Assembly: GCA_910584375.1 (NCBI GenBank)
Contig: CAJUAH010000008.1
Coordinates: 27,031 to 91,030, forward strand
Source: an uncultured Acetatifactor sp.
Lineage (GTDB): Bacteria > Bacillota > Clostridia > Lachnospirales > Lachnospiraceae
Direction: 5' to 3'
Length of the DNA stretch: 64,000 nucleotides
Shown: piece after piece, positions 50,569 to 60,482 of the stretch
Numbering within the stretch: the stretch's first letter is position 1
Layout of the letters: each line of letters starts with the position of its first letter
The notes under the pieces: model-generated
Database searches by the model: none
The model's input: the letters and a program-made list of their open reading frames with translations, nothing else
Told to the model about the DNA's origin: nothing
Program-made: the position numbers and the translations under genes

Positions 50569-52293
50569 TCATACGCCGCTGCCGCTCAGTTCCACCAGCT
50601 TTCTATAGATTCCATTCTGTCCCATCAATTCGGCATGTCTGCCCTGTTCCCGCACTTTTCCGCCCTCCATGACATAGATGATATCCGCCTTTTCGATCGT
50701 AGAAAGACGGTGCGCCACCACCAGCGCAGTGCGGCCTCCCATAAGCGCCTCAATCCCTCTTTGTACCAGCTGTTCGCTCTCTGAATCCAGCGCCGATGTG
50801 GCCTCGTCCAGAAGAAGGATCGGTGCGTTCCGGATAAAGGCCCGGGCTATGGCGATGCGCTGGCGCTGTCCGCCGGAGAGGCTTTCTCCCCGTTCTCCCA
50901 CCTGCGTATCGTATCCCTTCGGAAAGGACATGATAAACTCATGGGCATAGGCACGTTTTGCGGCGGCCACCACTTCCTCATCGCTTGCCTCCAGTCTGCC
51001 GTAGCGTATATTCTCCCTTATGCTGGTGGCAAACAGATAAGCGTCCTGGGGCACATAGGCAATCTTGCTCCGCAGCTCCTCCGGTGTGTAGGCATGCAGC
51101 GGTTTTCCGAGAACATGGACCATGCCGCCCCCCGGCGGATACAGCCCCAGCAGCAGCTTGACCACCGTACTTTTGCCTCCGCCGCTTTCTCCCACCAGCG
51201 CCGCTGTTTTCCCTTTCTCCACGGTGATGTCCACACCGTCCAACACCTTTTCCGCGCCGTCATAGGAAAACACGGCGTCCCGGATCCCGATACCCTCCGT
51301 CTCCGCAGGAAAGAATTTCTCCTGCTCCCTGCCGCCGCTTACAGGGAGTTCGGGCCGGATCGGCTGGTCCAATATCTCGAACACTCTGTCCCCAAGAGCC
51401 AGGGAATCCATCAGACATCCCCACGCGCTACCGATATTGCCGAGGAAAAAAGCCACCATTCCCTGCAGGCTGAGGATCGCCACCACCGTGCCGAAGTCCA
51501 CCAATCCCGCGGAGGACATGAAGATACCTACGAGCAGAACAGCCACATTGCACAGGAATCCAAATACCCATTCCACCGCCTGCACATCGGACATCCTGCG
51601 GAACCTTTTCACGGTATGGGCAGCCGCCTCTCCGTTTCTCTCCGAATATTTCTCCACCATGCTCCGGGCGCCCGGAAACATCTTGATAATATCGATTCCC
51701 GCCAGTATATCGGTGAGACTTTCCGTACAGGAGGCCAGTAATTGCTGTATTTTGATTGCCATGCCCCGAAGGGGTTTTACCAGAATCATATTGATCCGCA
51801 CCGACACTGCGCTGAGTGCCAGCACCATAAGCCCGATCCGCATATCCAGCGACAGGATGATGACGACAGCCGCACCGCCGATGAGTATGGGATCGATGAT
51901 CCGGTGGTGGGTATTGGCAAGGGAATTTTTGATTTCTTCCACATTGAAACACAGTTTCTGTATGGAATCCGCCGTATGGTGCCCCTCAAAATAGGACATG
52001 GGTAAGCGCATCAGATGGTTCATCACCCGCAGTCGCAGTCTTTTCATGATCTGACGTATCTGATACATACAGGTGAAAGCAATCGCGCGTTTGCCCATGC
52101 TCAGGGCCAGAACGATGGCTGCCAGCCAGATGGAGGCTCTGAACAGTTCTCTGTCCGACGCCGTCACCGCATTGATGATATTTCTGTACAGCAGCGCGTT
52201 TACCGTGCTGACAAGCACATCCACGCCGGGTACCAGGAACATGCACAGCCAGTACAGACCGGATTTTTCAAAGAGAGACAGGTATTTTTTCAT
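50569..52293 (-). CDS. ABC exporter permease/ATP-binding subunit
   Basis: TM domain; GESGGGKST, LSGGQRQR and LLDEATSALD. Confidence 0.93.
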   Translation of the reverse strand: MKKYLSLFEKSGLYWLCMFLVPGVDVLVSTVNALLYRNIINAVTASDRELFRASIWLAAIVLALSMGKRAIAFTCMYQIRQIMKRLRLRVMNHLMRLPMSYFEGHHTADSIQKLCFNVEEIKNSLANTHHRIIDPILIGGAAVVIILSLDMRIGLMVLALSAVSVRINMILVKPLRGMAIKIQQLLASCTESLTDILAGIDIIKMFPGARSMVEKYSERNGEAAAHTVKRFRRMSDVQAVEWVFGFLCNVAVLLVGIFMSSAGLVDFGTVVAILSLQGMVAFFLGNIGSAWGCLMDSLALGDRVFEILDQPIRPELPVSGGREQEKFFPAETEGIGIRDAVFSYDGAEKVLDGVDITVEKGKTAALVGESGGGKSTVVKLLLGLYPPGGGMVHVLGKPLHAYTPEELRSKIAYVPQDAYLFATSIRENIRYGRLEASDEEVVAAAKRAYAHEFIMSFPKGYDTQVGERGESLSGGQRQRIAIARAFIRNAPILLLDEATSALDSESEQLVQRGIEALMGGRTALVVAHRLSTIEKADIIYVMEGGKVREQGRHAELMGQNGIYRKLVELSGSGV

Positions 52294-52297
52294 CTGT

Positions 52298-54034
52298 TTA
52301 CGCCCCCGCATACATGGAATAAAGTTTCGGATAGATCCGGCCCTGTTCCAGCAATTCCTCATGGGTCCCGGTCTCCACAACCCTGCCCTGATCCATGACT
52401 ATGATACAGTCCGCATCCTTTACGGTGGACAATCGGTGCGCCACCACCAGAGTCGTGCGCCCCCGGGCCAATCTCTCCAACGCCTTCTGCACTTCGGCCT
52501 CCGCCTGTACGTCCAGCGCCGAGGTGGCCTCATCCAACAGCAGCATGGGCGCGTCCTTCAGAATCGCCCGGGCAATGGAGACACGCTGTATCTGCCCTCC
52601 CGACAGGCGCGATCCCCGCTCGCCAGCCAGGGTATCGTATCCCTGCGGCAGTTCCCCGATAAAGCCCGCCGCGTTGGCTGCCTCCGCCGCCATGCGGATC
52701 TCCTCCGCCCCTGCCTCCGGTCTGCCCAGAGCTATGTTTTCCCCTACGGATACAGGGAACAGATAGGCATGCTGGGACACATAGGAAAAACGGGAGCGCA
52801 GAGCCTCCAGGTCCCAGTCGGCAAGCGAGACCCCGTCCACCAGAATCCTGCCCTGCTGCGGCCTGTAAAATCCGCAGAGCAGGCGGAGCAGCGTGCTCTT
52901 TCCGCCGCCGCTGGCGCCCACCACAGCCACGGTCTTACCCCGGGGAACCATAAAGCTGGCGCCTTGCAGCACGGGCGCTCCCTCTTCATAGGAAAAATAT
53001 ACGTCTCTGAACTCTATGGCCGGAGCCTCCTCCGCCCCGGACGAGACGCTCCCCTTGGGCTCCGTCGGCGTATTCAATACCTCAAACACTCTCTCCGCCG
53101 CCGCCAGCGCCACCTTGCTGTTGAAAATTCTGCCCGCCAGATCATTGATGACCTCCACCATCTTGGGCAAGAGAGAAAAAAATGCCACCAGACCGCCCAC
53201 GGTCATCTTATCCTCCAGGCAGAACCATCCTCCCCCCACGAGACAGAGTATGGAGGAGAGTGTGCCCGACAGAATCCAAAACGCGGAACCCATGGACTGA
53301 TTTCGGTCATTATGCACCGCCATATCCGTCATCTTCTGCACGCTTTTCCCGTAATCATCCAAAAACGCATTCTCCAGAGCACAGCTTTTCACCACTTCCA
53401 TGCCCCCGATCATATCCGCCGAAGAGCTGATAATCTCCGCGGTGTACTGCATGTATGCTCTGGAACCGGCCTTGAACCGGGTTGTCAATACAGCTCCAAA
53501 CGGCAGACAAAGCACCGTGGGAACAATGGAGATCAGAAACAGCACCGGGTTTAAGTACAGCAGATACAGCATATAGAAAACCAGCAGAAAGGGATTGGTG
53601 ATCACCGTGAGCAGGTCGTTTTGCACGAAACCGCTGACCCGGTTCACATCCTCGGTCAGCCTGGCCAGTATGTCCCCGGAACGGCTCTTCGCCATGGCCT
53701 CCGCGGTCATCCGGGTAATATGCGCCGCCGCGTCGTCCTTAACCTCCTGAAGTATCCTGGTAGCCACGCTCCCGGAGGCGTAACGTGTGAGCCAGGCCGA
53801 ACCGGCCCCGACTGCCAGCAGACCCCCGCACAGGAGCAGGAGCCGTCCAACGGCAGGCAGGGCTCCGTTCTCCATTCCGTCAACCGCACGCCGCAGCAGT
53901 TCGGACCCGGCCACACCGCATCCCGCGCACAGAGCCCCTGCCAGCAGGGCCGAAAGCACCAGCCGCAGATGCCTGTACACATACTTGATGATCTGTCTGA
54001 GAACCGCCTGATCGGTCCGTACCTTCTCTACCAT
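52298..54034 (-). CDS. ABC exporter permease/ATP-binding subunit
   Basis: TM domain; GASGGGKST, LSGGQIQR and LLDEATSALD; start overlaps the upstream stop. Confidence 0.93.
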   Translation of the reverse strand: MVEKVRTDQAVLRQIIKYVYRHLRLVLSALLAGALCAGCGVAGSELLRRAVDGMENGALPAVGRLLLLCGGLLAVGAGSAWLTRYASGSVATRILQEVKDDAAAHITRMTAEAMAKSRSGDILARLTEDVNRVSGFVQNDLLTVITNPFLLVFYMLYLLYLNPVLFLISIVPTVLCLPFGAVLTTRFKAGSRAYMQYTAEIISSSADMIGGMEVVKSCALENAFLDDYGKSVQKMTDMAVHNDRNQSMGSAFWILSGTLSSILCLVGGGWFCLEDKMTVGGLVAFFSLLPKMVEVINDLAGRIFNSKVALAAAERVFEVLNTPTEPKGSVSSGAEEAPAIEFRDVYFSYEEGAPVLQGASFMVPRGKTVAVVGASGGGKSTLLRLLCGFYRPQQGRILVDGVSLADWDLEALRSRFSYVSQHAYLFPVSVGENIALGRPEAGAEEIRMAAEAANAAGFIGELPQGYDTLAGERGSRLSGGQIQRVSIARAILKDAPMLLLDEATSALDVQAEAEVQKALERLARGRTTLVVAHRLSTVKDADCIIVMDQGRVVETGTHEELLEQGRIYPKLYSMYAGA

Positions 54035-55284
54035 TGTATCCGCCCCCTGCTCCAGACCTTTATCCCCTTGTGACCGCCCCTCTCCACCTGTCCGATGCGC
54101 CAGCACTGGGAAAACCGACTGATCACGCTCACGGCATCCTCCCAGTGTTTCTCCGGTACGGCCACCGCCATGCCAATGCCCATATTGAAATGATGGGAAA
54201 ACACATTTTCTCCGATTCTGTCCTGCTCAAAGAGAAAGCGGAACAGGGGCAGGACCGGGAGGGCTGCCTGGTCGATGCACACGCCCAGGCCCTCCGGGAT
54301 CCCCTGCCAGTATTTCCAATTTAACAGGGAATTGCCGATCCGAAAGGCTTTGTGCAGATAACCTTTCTCCTGCAATGCGGCGATCTCCCTTGTGAACGCC
54401 GTGTTGGCCCGCATCAGCTCATCCAGAAAAAATCTGTCGGCGTCTGTTTTGGCGCGATATAACTCGGGATTTTTATCTAACAATATCTTTACAAAGGGAA
54501 AATTGGTTCCGTCTATACCCTCCGTCTTCATGCCGATCAGTACGTCTCCCTCCCTCACCCGTTCTCCGGTCAGCAGTTTCTCTCTGTCCTGCACTCCCAC
54601 CACAGTGGCGCTCATCTCATATTCCGTCGGACTGTAATTGATGGGCTGGGCGGATATCTCCATACCCGTAAAAGAAACCCCGTTTTCCTCACACACCTTT
54701 TGATATGTCTGGGCCATCAGATAAAGTTGTTCCCGGTCGTAATTTCCACAGATTACGATTGCTTTTAAGATCGCCGGCCTTACGCCATGCTGCAGCGTAT
54801 GGTTCATGGCGCTGGCCGCCGCGTCCGCGCATACTTCCCGATTGTATCCGTACTCCTTTGCCAGCCTTTCCTTGGAGCCCGGAACGCAGGTGACGCAGGA
54901 ATATACAGGTTCCCGCATCCCGGATGTATCCATTTGAAACAGACATGCGTCCGCGTAGCAGGCGGATACTATGTTTTCATCCTGTGAATTGAGCTGCATG
55001 ATGTCCTTTTTCAAGGCATACAGTTTGGCGGAATCAAGCCCCGATTCCCGATAGGTGATGCACCTGTTTTTCCAGTCATTTTCATTTAACAGCGCATCCA
55101 CCGTAATATTCAGCAGATTGGATATCTCATAAAACATCTCCACCGTGGGCAGGCTCTTACCCAATTCCCATTTGGATACGGCCTGATAGGAAATATGCAG
55201 ATAATCCGCGAGCTCTTTCTGCGTGACCCCTCTCTCTTTTCTGTAAAACGCGAGTCTTCTGCCAATCTCTTCTTTATTTAACAT
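54028..55284 (-). CDS. XRE HTH fused to a degenerate PurM/AIR synthetase-like domain
   Basis: TQKELADYLHISYQAVSKWE HTH; remainder is collinear with PurM (TYRESGLD, EPV, GSK, VREGDVLIG, FNMGIGM, IGQV). Confidence 0.82.
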   Translation of the reverse strand: MLNKEEIGRRLAFYRKERGVTQKELADYLHISYQAVSKWELGKSLPTVEMFYEISNLLNITVDALLNENDWKNRCITYRESGLDSAKLYALKKDIMQLNSQDENIVSACYADACLFQMDTSGMREPVYSCVTCVPGSKERLAKEYGYNREVCADAAASAMNHTLQHGVRPAILKAIVICGNYDREQLYLMAQTYQKVCEENGVSFTGMEISAQPINYSPTEYEMSATVVGVQDREKLLTGERVREGDVLIGMKTEGIDGTNFPFVKILLDKNPELYRAKTDADRFFLDELMRANTAFTREIAALQEKGYLHKAFRIGNSLLNWKYWQGIPEGLGVCIDQAALPVLPLFRFLFEQDRIGENVFSHHFNMGIGMAVAVPEKHWEDAVSVISRFSQCWRIGQVERGGHKGIKVWSRGRIQW

Positions 55285-55523
55285 ACAGCATCCCGCCTTT
55301 CTATAAATTGCCGGGCAGACCTCACGGCGATACGCACCGCCGGAGTCGGCCTATGTTACTGATCCTTCTTTCCAAGCTCTCCGCAATAATACGCCATAAT
55401 GTATATCATAGACTTTGCCTAAAATATATCATGTCGGTATAGGGGATTCAATAAACACTTCATTGAACCGCTCATGAAAAAATCAACCGGCAGTCGAGTT
55501 AAAAACCCGCTGCCGGTTCCCGT

Positions 55524-57137
55524 TTAAGAGATACACTTTTCAATGGCGGGGTTTAAGCGAATGCGCACCGCGCCGCCCCCGTGTACATAGACCGCGAAGT
55601 TGGCCTCGTCGCCGTTGCGCTCATAATCCGTGATCCATGTATCCCCCTCAAAATGCCCTTCCTCCACTGTGAGGAAATTCAACTGTCCCGCCCATCTGGA
55701 AGACAGATGAATATATGCCCGTTCATCCGCCGGTCGGGGGCGTCTGATAAACTCCGCCGCCATCCCCGCGCCAGCCATATAAAACTCGTACTCTCCCGTC
55801 TGGATCAGGATTCCCCTGCCCCTGACCTGAAGAACTTTCTGATTCTCCGGATCCGCCAGATTGATTGCGGAGCCATAGCCAAAGGGCGTCTTATCCGCAG
55901 ACATAAACTTGATCTGCACATGGTAGTCCGGCAGACGGATATAGCTGCTCCGGGCAAATTCCTCCTGTACAATACCGCGTATCTTGCCAGTCTTATGATA
56001 TTTGACCAGCAAGGGCTCCAGGGCCCCCAGCGTTCTCATGGTAAGGGCCATACTCTCCGCCGCTTTCAGCAGATTGCCCTGGCAATCCAACACGCTCTCG
56101 GCGCCAAAACAGGCCACGCCCACGGCCCCAAATTCCGTCACCGCCCGAATGGCATTCATGCTGTTTGCCACGCTCATGCAGGAGGATTCCGGTATCAGCA
56201 GGGCGTTGTCCTCCCTTGCATAAGAGCGGCAGATCCTGCAATACTCCTCTTTCGTCTCATTGTAGATATCCGGACAGAGCAGATCCAGCCTGGGGGCAGC
56301 GGCTTTCCAGATATCCAGCACCCTGCTCACCGCCGCGCCGCTGCTGTAGGAGAACCCCGCCTCCTCACAGCCGTTCTCCATCACCATGACATTGGTGTAC
56401 ATGGGAATATCGTACAATTCTTTAGCGGCCTCCGCAATGCGTCCGATATATCTTCCGTGATACCATGCGCTGAACGCCTCCGCCGCATGTCTGCCAAAAT
56501 GTCCTTTCCAGCTGTGTTTTTGCCGCTCCTGCTCCCCCACCGACTCCAGCCCGTCGTCCGCCAGCCGGATATCCCGAATGCACTCCGGCACAGGCTCCCT
56601 GTAATCGGCCTGAGCCAGCGGGCCGTAATCCCTGTCCGTATTGGCCAGGCCTATCTCATTCTCAATCTGCAGGGCGATGACCGTCCGCTCCCGGGCGTCA
56701 TACTCCCGAATGTATTCCACCACTTTGCAAAATGCCTTTTTATCCCGCTCCAGCGTGGCCTCACAGTGGGGCGAGAGGGAGGCCACGCAGGCTCCGTTTG
56801 ACCCGATGGCGACCTGATATGTCTCCGGGTGTGTCTTGATATACTCCGGCGCATAGGTGGGATGCCCGTTCTTGCTGGCTCCAAACCACAGGATCACCAG
56901 CTTTTTCTCCGCTTTTCTGGCCTGATCGATCAGCTCCCGCACCTGGGCCATATCGTAGACGTCCTGCTGCGGCTCCACCTTATACCAATAGACGGGGACC
57001 TCCAATGTATTGGCGCCAAACAGCTCCGCCGCCCTTACCGTGCGCTCCATCATAAATGTCCCCGTGGAAGAATTGTGGGCCTGCATTCCCAGCAACAGCA
57101 TCTCCCTGCCCTGACCGTCTGTTAGAAAACCGTTCAT
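55524..57137 (-). CDS. GH35-like glycoside hydrolase with DUF5597-like C-terminus
   Basis: HNSS, PVYW, LWFGASKNG, QIENE, PDIY, IPE and VEEG. Confidence 0.75.
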   Translation of the reverse strand: MNGFLTDGQGREMLLLGMQAHNSSTGTFMMERTVRAAELFGANTLEVPVYWYKVEPQQDVYDMAQVRELIDQARKAEKKLVILWFGASKNGHPTYAPEYIKTHPETYQVAIGSNGACVASLSPHCEATLERDKKAFCKVVEYIREYDARERTVIALQIENEIGLANTDRDYGPLAQADYREPVPECIRDIRLADDGLESVGEQERQKHSWKGHFGRHAAEAFSAWYHGRYIGRIAEAAKELYDIPMYTNVMVMENGCEEAGFSYSSGAAVSRVLDIWKAAAPRLDLLCPDIYNETKEEYCRICRSYAREDNALLIPESSCMSVANSMNAIRAVTEFGAVGVACFGAESVLDCQGNLLKAAESMALTMRTLGALEPLLVKYHKTGKIRGIVQEEFARSSYIRLPDYHVQIKFMSADKTPFGYGSAINLADPENQKVLQVRGRGILIQTGEYEFYMAGAGMAAEFIRRPRPADERAYIHLSSRWAGQLNFLTVEEGHFEGDTWITDYERNGDEANFAVYVHGGGAVRIRLNPAIEKCIS

Positions 57138-57182
57138 CCTGCTCCTCCTCAATGACTCATTCCTTATGAATTCTCAAGTACA

Positions 57183-57833
57183 TTATTCACTCAACTTCCG
57201 CCAATCCCTTATTTCCCGGCAGACAGCCTCATAGTCCACCTGGGAAAAATCTGTTGTATCCACCGTAAGCACCGGGCCGTCCACGCTGAAACTGTCCATC
57301 TCCCTGCTGCGGATCCCGGCGACATACTGTTCCAGCGTGATGACCGGGCTTGGCGCAGCGCCTCCGTCCTTGGAATAGCCGCTGTTGGTCACATGGCCGG
57401 GATGCCGCCCGCCGCTGTTATCCCGCTGGAGGAATCGCTCGTAAATACGGGCATAATCCCCCGTCAGGCACAGGGTAAATGCCCGGTATCCGTAGCGCGC
57501 CAGCAACTCCACAAGCCCCTGTCGGGAGCTTGTCTCAAAGTTGTTTTCCAAAATAAAGGGCTTATGGCGCCGCATCATCTGCTCTGCAAAATAGTACAGA
57601 ATCTCCGTGGCGGCCACGCCCAATTTCACTTTCTCTTCCCGGGAACTGAACCCTACAGTATCAAAAAGTCCCTCTTTGATACTGTCCTTGGAAAACCAGG
57701 GCAATCCCAGATCCGCAGACAGCTTTTCCGCCATGACGCTCTTGCCCGCCGCCGGGATCCCTGTAACCAGGATTACATAGCGCTCGCCCAGCGTCTTGCC
57801 CTTACAGGAATCCTTATTATCGTCCTGTCTCAT
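57183..57833 (-). CDS. P-loop kinase (AAA_33-like)
   Basis: GIPAAGKS, SKDSIKE, RHPGH and VDTT. Confidence 0.78.
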   Translation of the reverse strand: MRQDDNKDSCKGKTLGERYVILVTGIPAAGKSVMAEKLSADLGLPWFSKDSIKEGLFDTVGFSSREEKVKLGVAATEILYYFAEQMMRRHKPFILENNFETSSRQGLVELLARYGYRAFTLCLTGDYARIYERFLQRDNSGGRHPGHVTNSGYSKDGGAAPSPVITLEQYVAGIRSREMDSFSVDGPVLTVDTTDFSQVDYEAVCREIRDWRKLSE

Positions 57834-58516
57834 ACTCCCTCCAGTATGTCCTTCAACTTGCCCAACACCGTCTCCACGCAGTCCTCCACAAACCGCTCCG
57901 CCTGGGCCTCGGTCAGATAGGTATATTCCCGCTCGATATCCTCCCGTCCGCCCCGGTAAAATCCGGTGATATACTGCCTCCTGTTGTCAAAGGCATCCTC
58001 CACAAAAATATCCATGTAGCGGTTGACAAAACCCTCCGCATTCTCATAGATCTGAAAAGCCTTGAAACCCGGGTGTTTTTTCAGATACAGAAAGTCCAGG
58101 TCATACCAGTCCTTTTTCAGCGTCCACAGCAATTTATGGGGATCCTCCGCATACGCCTGCGGATACCTGGCCACACTGGGACTGTACACATGGTCGATCC
58201 ACTCCAAATCCGTCAGCAGATGGGTCAGATAGCCCAGATAAAAAGAATATTGGCCCCGGTCATAGACCGCCCGCTGCTCTGGAGTGAAGTATTGCTCCAG
58301 ATAAGATCCCACATCTATTTGGACTGTCCCGTCCTCCATATATGTCTTAAAATGGGACACTTTCGTGGAAGGCGCATAGGCGGTCCAATCCGCATTGGGC
58401 ACGCCGCTGTCCGGGGCAATATTGCCCACGATAAACTCCGTCTCTTCCACCTTTGACAGACGTTCCAACAGCTTGTCCGCCACCCGCAAATGCACCATCC
58501 ATGACGCCATACTCAT
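57830..58516 (-). CDS. Zinc-dependent phospholipase C-like protein
   Basis: N-terminal WMVH, GNIAPD, SHF and GYLTHLLTD. Confidence 0.75.
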   Translation of the reverse strand: MSMASWMVHLRVADKLLERLSKVEETEFIVGNIAPDSGVPNADWTAYAPSTKVSHFKTYMEDGTVQIDVGSYLEQYFTPEQRAVYDRGQYSFYLGYLTHLLTDLEWIDHVYSPSVARYPQAYAEDPHKLLWTLKKDWYDLDFLYLKKHPGFKAFQIYENAEGFVNRYMDIFVEDAFDNRRQYITGFYRGGREDIEREYTYLTEAQAERFVEDCVETVLGKLKDILEGV

Positions 58517-59088
58517 TCCCTCCGCCCTACGACTGTATAAATATCCTGCCGCATTTTCTTCTCAAAATATACTTTCAGCTCCAGGTTTTTGTCCCATTTG
58601 TCCTGCGGATAACTGCCATAACGCCGTTTCACATCCGCCATACGGTCTTCCATATCCACCACTGTGGTTCCCGCCAGCGAGTCGCAGACCTGGATCAGCC
58701 TGTCATAGTCGTCGTATACCAACTCCCCCAACAACTGGCGCAGCTCCTGCTGCTGCTCTGGAACAATATCCCATTTGCCTATGTAGTCCTCCAGTTTTTG
58801 AATACTGAAAGAATGGCTTAGGCAGATGCGCGCCGCCTCGTCATACCCCAACTCCGTCATATAGCGGTATCCGTCGTAAATATGCCCCATGTGCTTAACC
58901 CCGAACTTGCGCCCGATATCGTGGAGCAGTCCCAGCACATAGGCCTTTTCCGGATCCATATCCCCGCAGGCCGCCGCAATCTTCTCCGCGCACCGGGCGA
59001 CCACCCTGCTGTGTTCCGCCCATGCCCCCGGATTGCACGCCTCCCCGTCCCGCAACAATTCCTCCGCTTTTTCCCTTGTAGGTAACAT
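58513..59088 (-). CDS. HD domain phosphohydrolase
   Basis: HSRVVA, LLHDIGR, H, SH and CD; start MLPTRE. Confidence 0.85.
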   Translation of the reverse strand: MLPTREKAEELLRDGEACNPGAWAEHSRVVARCAEKIAAACGDMDPEKAYVLGLLHDIGRKFGVKHMGHIYDGYRYMTELGYDEAARICLSHSFSIQKLEDYIGKWDIVPEQQQELRQLLGELVYDDYDRLIQVCDSLAGTTVVDMEDRMADVKRRYGSYPQDKWDKNLELKVYFEKKMRQDIYTVVGRRE

Positions 59089-59222
59089 CCTCTCACCATT
59101 CCTTTCCAAATACGCAAATGCCGCGCCACATACTATATGCCTGCAGGCATCCGCTTTCGCCTTCTTCCGCCCCAATGTTTTCCGCCTGTGCAGCGGCATT
59201 CCACAGGTGAAATATTGTTGCG

Positions 59223-60383
59223 TTACCCGCAGATGTAGCAGTATCCCTCTGTGCCGATCTCCGGCGTCTGTCCATGCAGAGTCAATTCCCACAGATATCT
59301 TCTCACTTCCTGCTCCTTTGCCCTGATCCGTTTTTCCAGCTGACCGTCCAACCCGCATAGATATTGCAGCAATTCCTCCGGTTGCGTGATCCGCAGACAA
59401 TTGTGAAACGTCACCCGGGATACGCTGACAAATTCCGCGTCAAACAGCTCATCCATCCGCGCCATAAAAGCCTATTTCCTCTCACCAAACACCCCCGGCA
59501 CTCTTATGCCCAGCACCGGCTCCAATATCCGGTTTACATCCCTGACAGATACCCGGGAAGTAAAAGTGGAGATCAACCTGCCTCCCTTAGTCAGCCCGCA
59601 GTGCAATCTGCTCAGCAGGTTTTCCCTGTCCTGAATATAGTTCCACAGATGCCCCGCCAGTATCAGATCATACTCTGCCGTCGGACACTGCCATCTCTCC
59701 GCGTCTTCGCGCAAAAAGACAAGCCTGACTCCCGCTGCCAGTTCCCCCCGGCGCTCCCGGTACACTCCGCGCAGAAACTGCATTGTCTGCGTTTCTTTGT
59801 CAAGCAGGGTTATCCTGCATCCCCCGGGAATCTTCTGCCAGCCGCCACGCCACACATTCCCGTGGCCGCAGCCCACGTCCAGCACTTTCATCCCCGGTTC
59901 TAAATGCAACTGGTCAAACAGCCACGCATGCCATCTCTTCCTGCTGGTTCCGTAGCGTTCATACAGATCATAGCGATAATTTGCCTGCTGATTCTTTGTC
60001 ACCAGCTGCATAATCTCGGCAAATTGAGATACCGGCAGCTGATTCTCCCGGCAATATCCCTGTGCCCGGTCAATGATCTCCAGGATACGGTCCAGGCGGC
60101 GGCGCTCTTCCAGGATCAGCTCTCTCTGGCGCTCCAGCAGCCGGGCCGCCGACATCTGTTCTCCCTGCTCCAGAACCTGCTGTATCTCCTCCAGAGACAG
60201 CCCCACATACTTCAGCATCAATATTTCCTGGAGCCGCAGGACTGCGCTGTCGTCATATAATCGATACCCCTCCGCAGACCGCTCCCTGGGACGCAGGATG
60301 CCCTTTTCCTCATAAAACCGGATCGTTCGGGCAGATACCCCCGCCCACCGGGCCAGTTCCCCGGCTGTATACCGCTTTTGCAT
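59223..60383 (-). pseudogene. MerR HTH + SAM-methyltransferase-like protein interrupted by an in-frame TAG (59472-59474)
   Basis: YTAGELA...RTIRFYEEKG and VLDVGCGHG; sequence reads AAA TAG GCT TTT ATG with the 59223-59465 ORF in the same frame. Confidence 0.75.
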
Positions 60384-60411
60384 TCCTCCGTCCCTCCCCG
60401 CCCATAGATAC

Positions 60412-60442
60412 AGTATAGGGGTTTACGTAACGTCAATGTCAA
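60412..60442 (-). promoter_or_regulatory. MerR-type promoter/operator
   Basis: TTGACA-19 bp-TATACT with dyad TTGACGT-T-ACGTAAA in the spacer. Confidence 0.85.
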
Positions 60443-60482
60443 GTATTTTTCCGCTGATATTTTCCGTGTGCTGCCGCGCACA

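Noticed and set aside
54028..55284. Functional purM call
   Set aside because: Catalytic motifs are substituted and an HTH is fused
59472..59474. Pyrrolysine codon
   Set aside because: No pyl genes in the window and the protein is not a methylamine methyltransferase; a nonsense mutation is simpler
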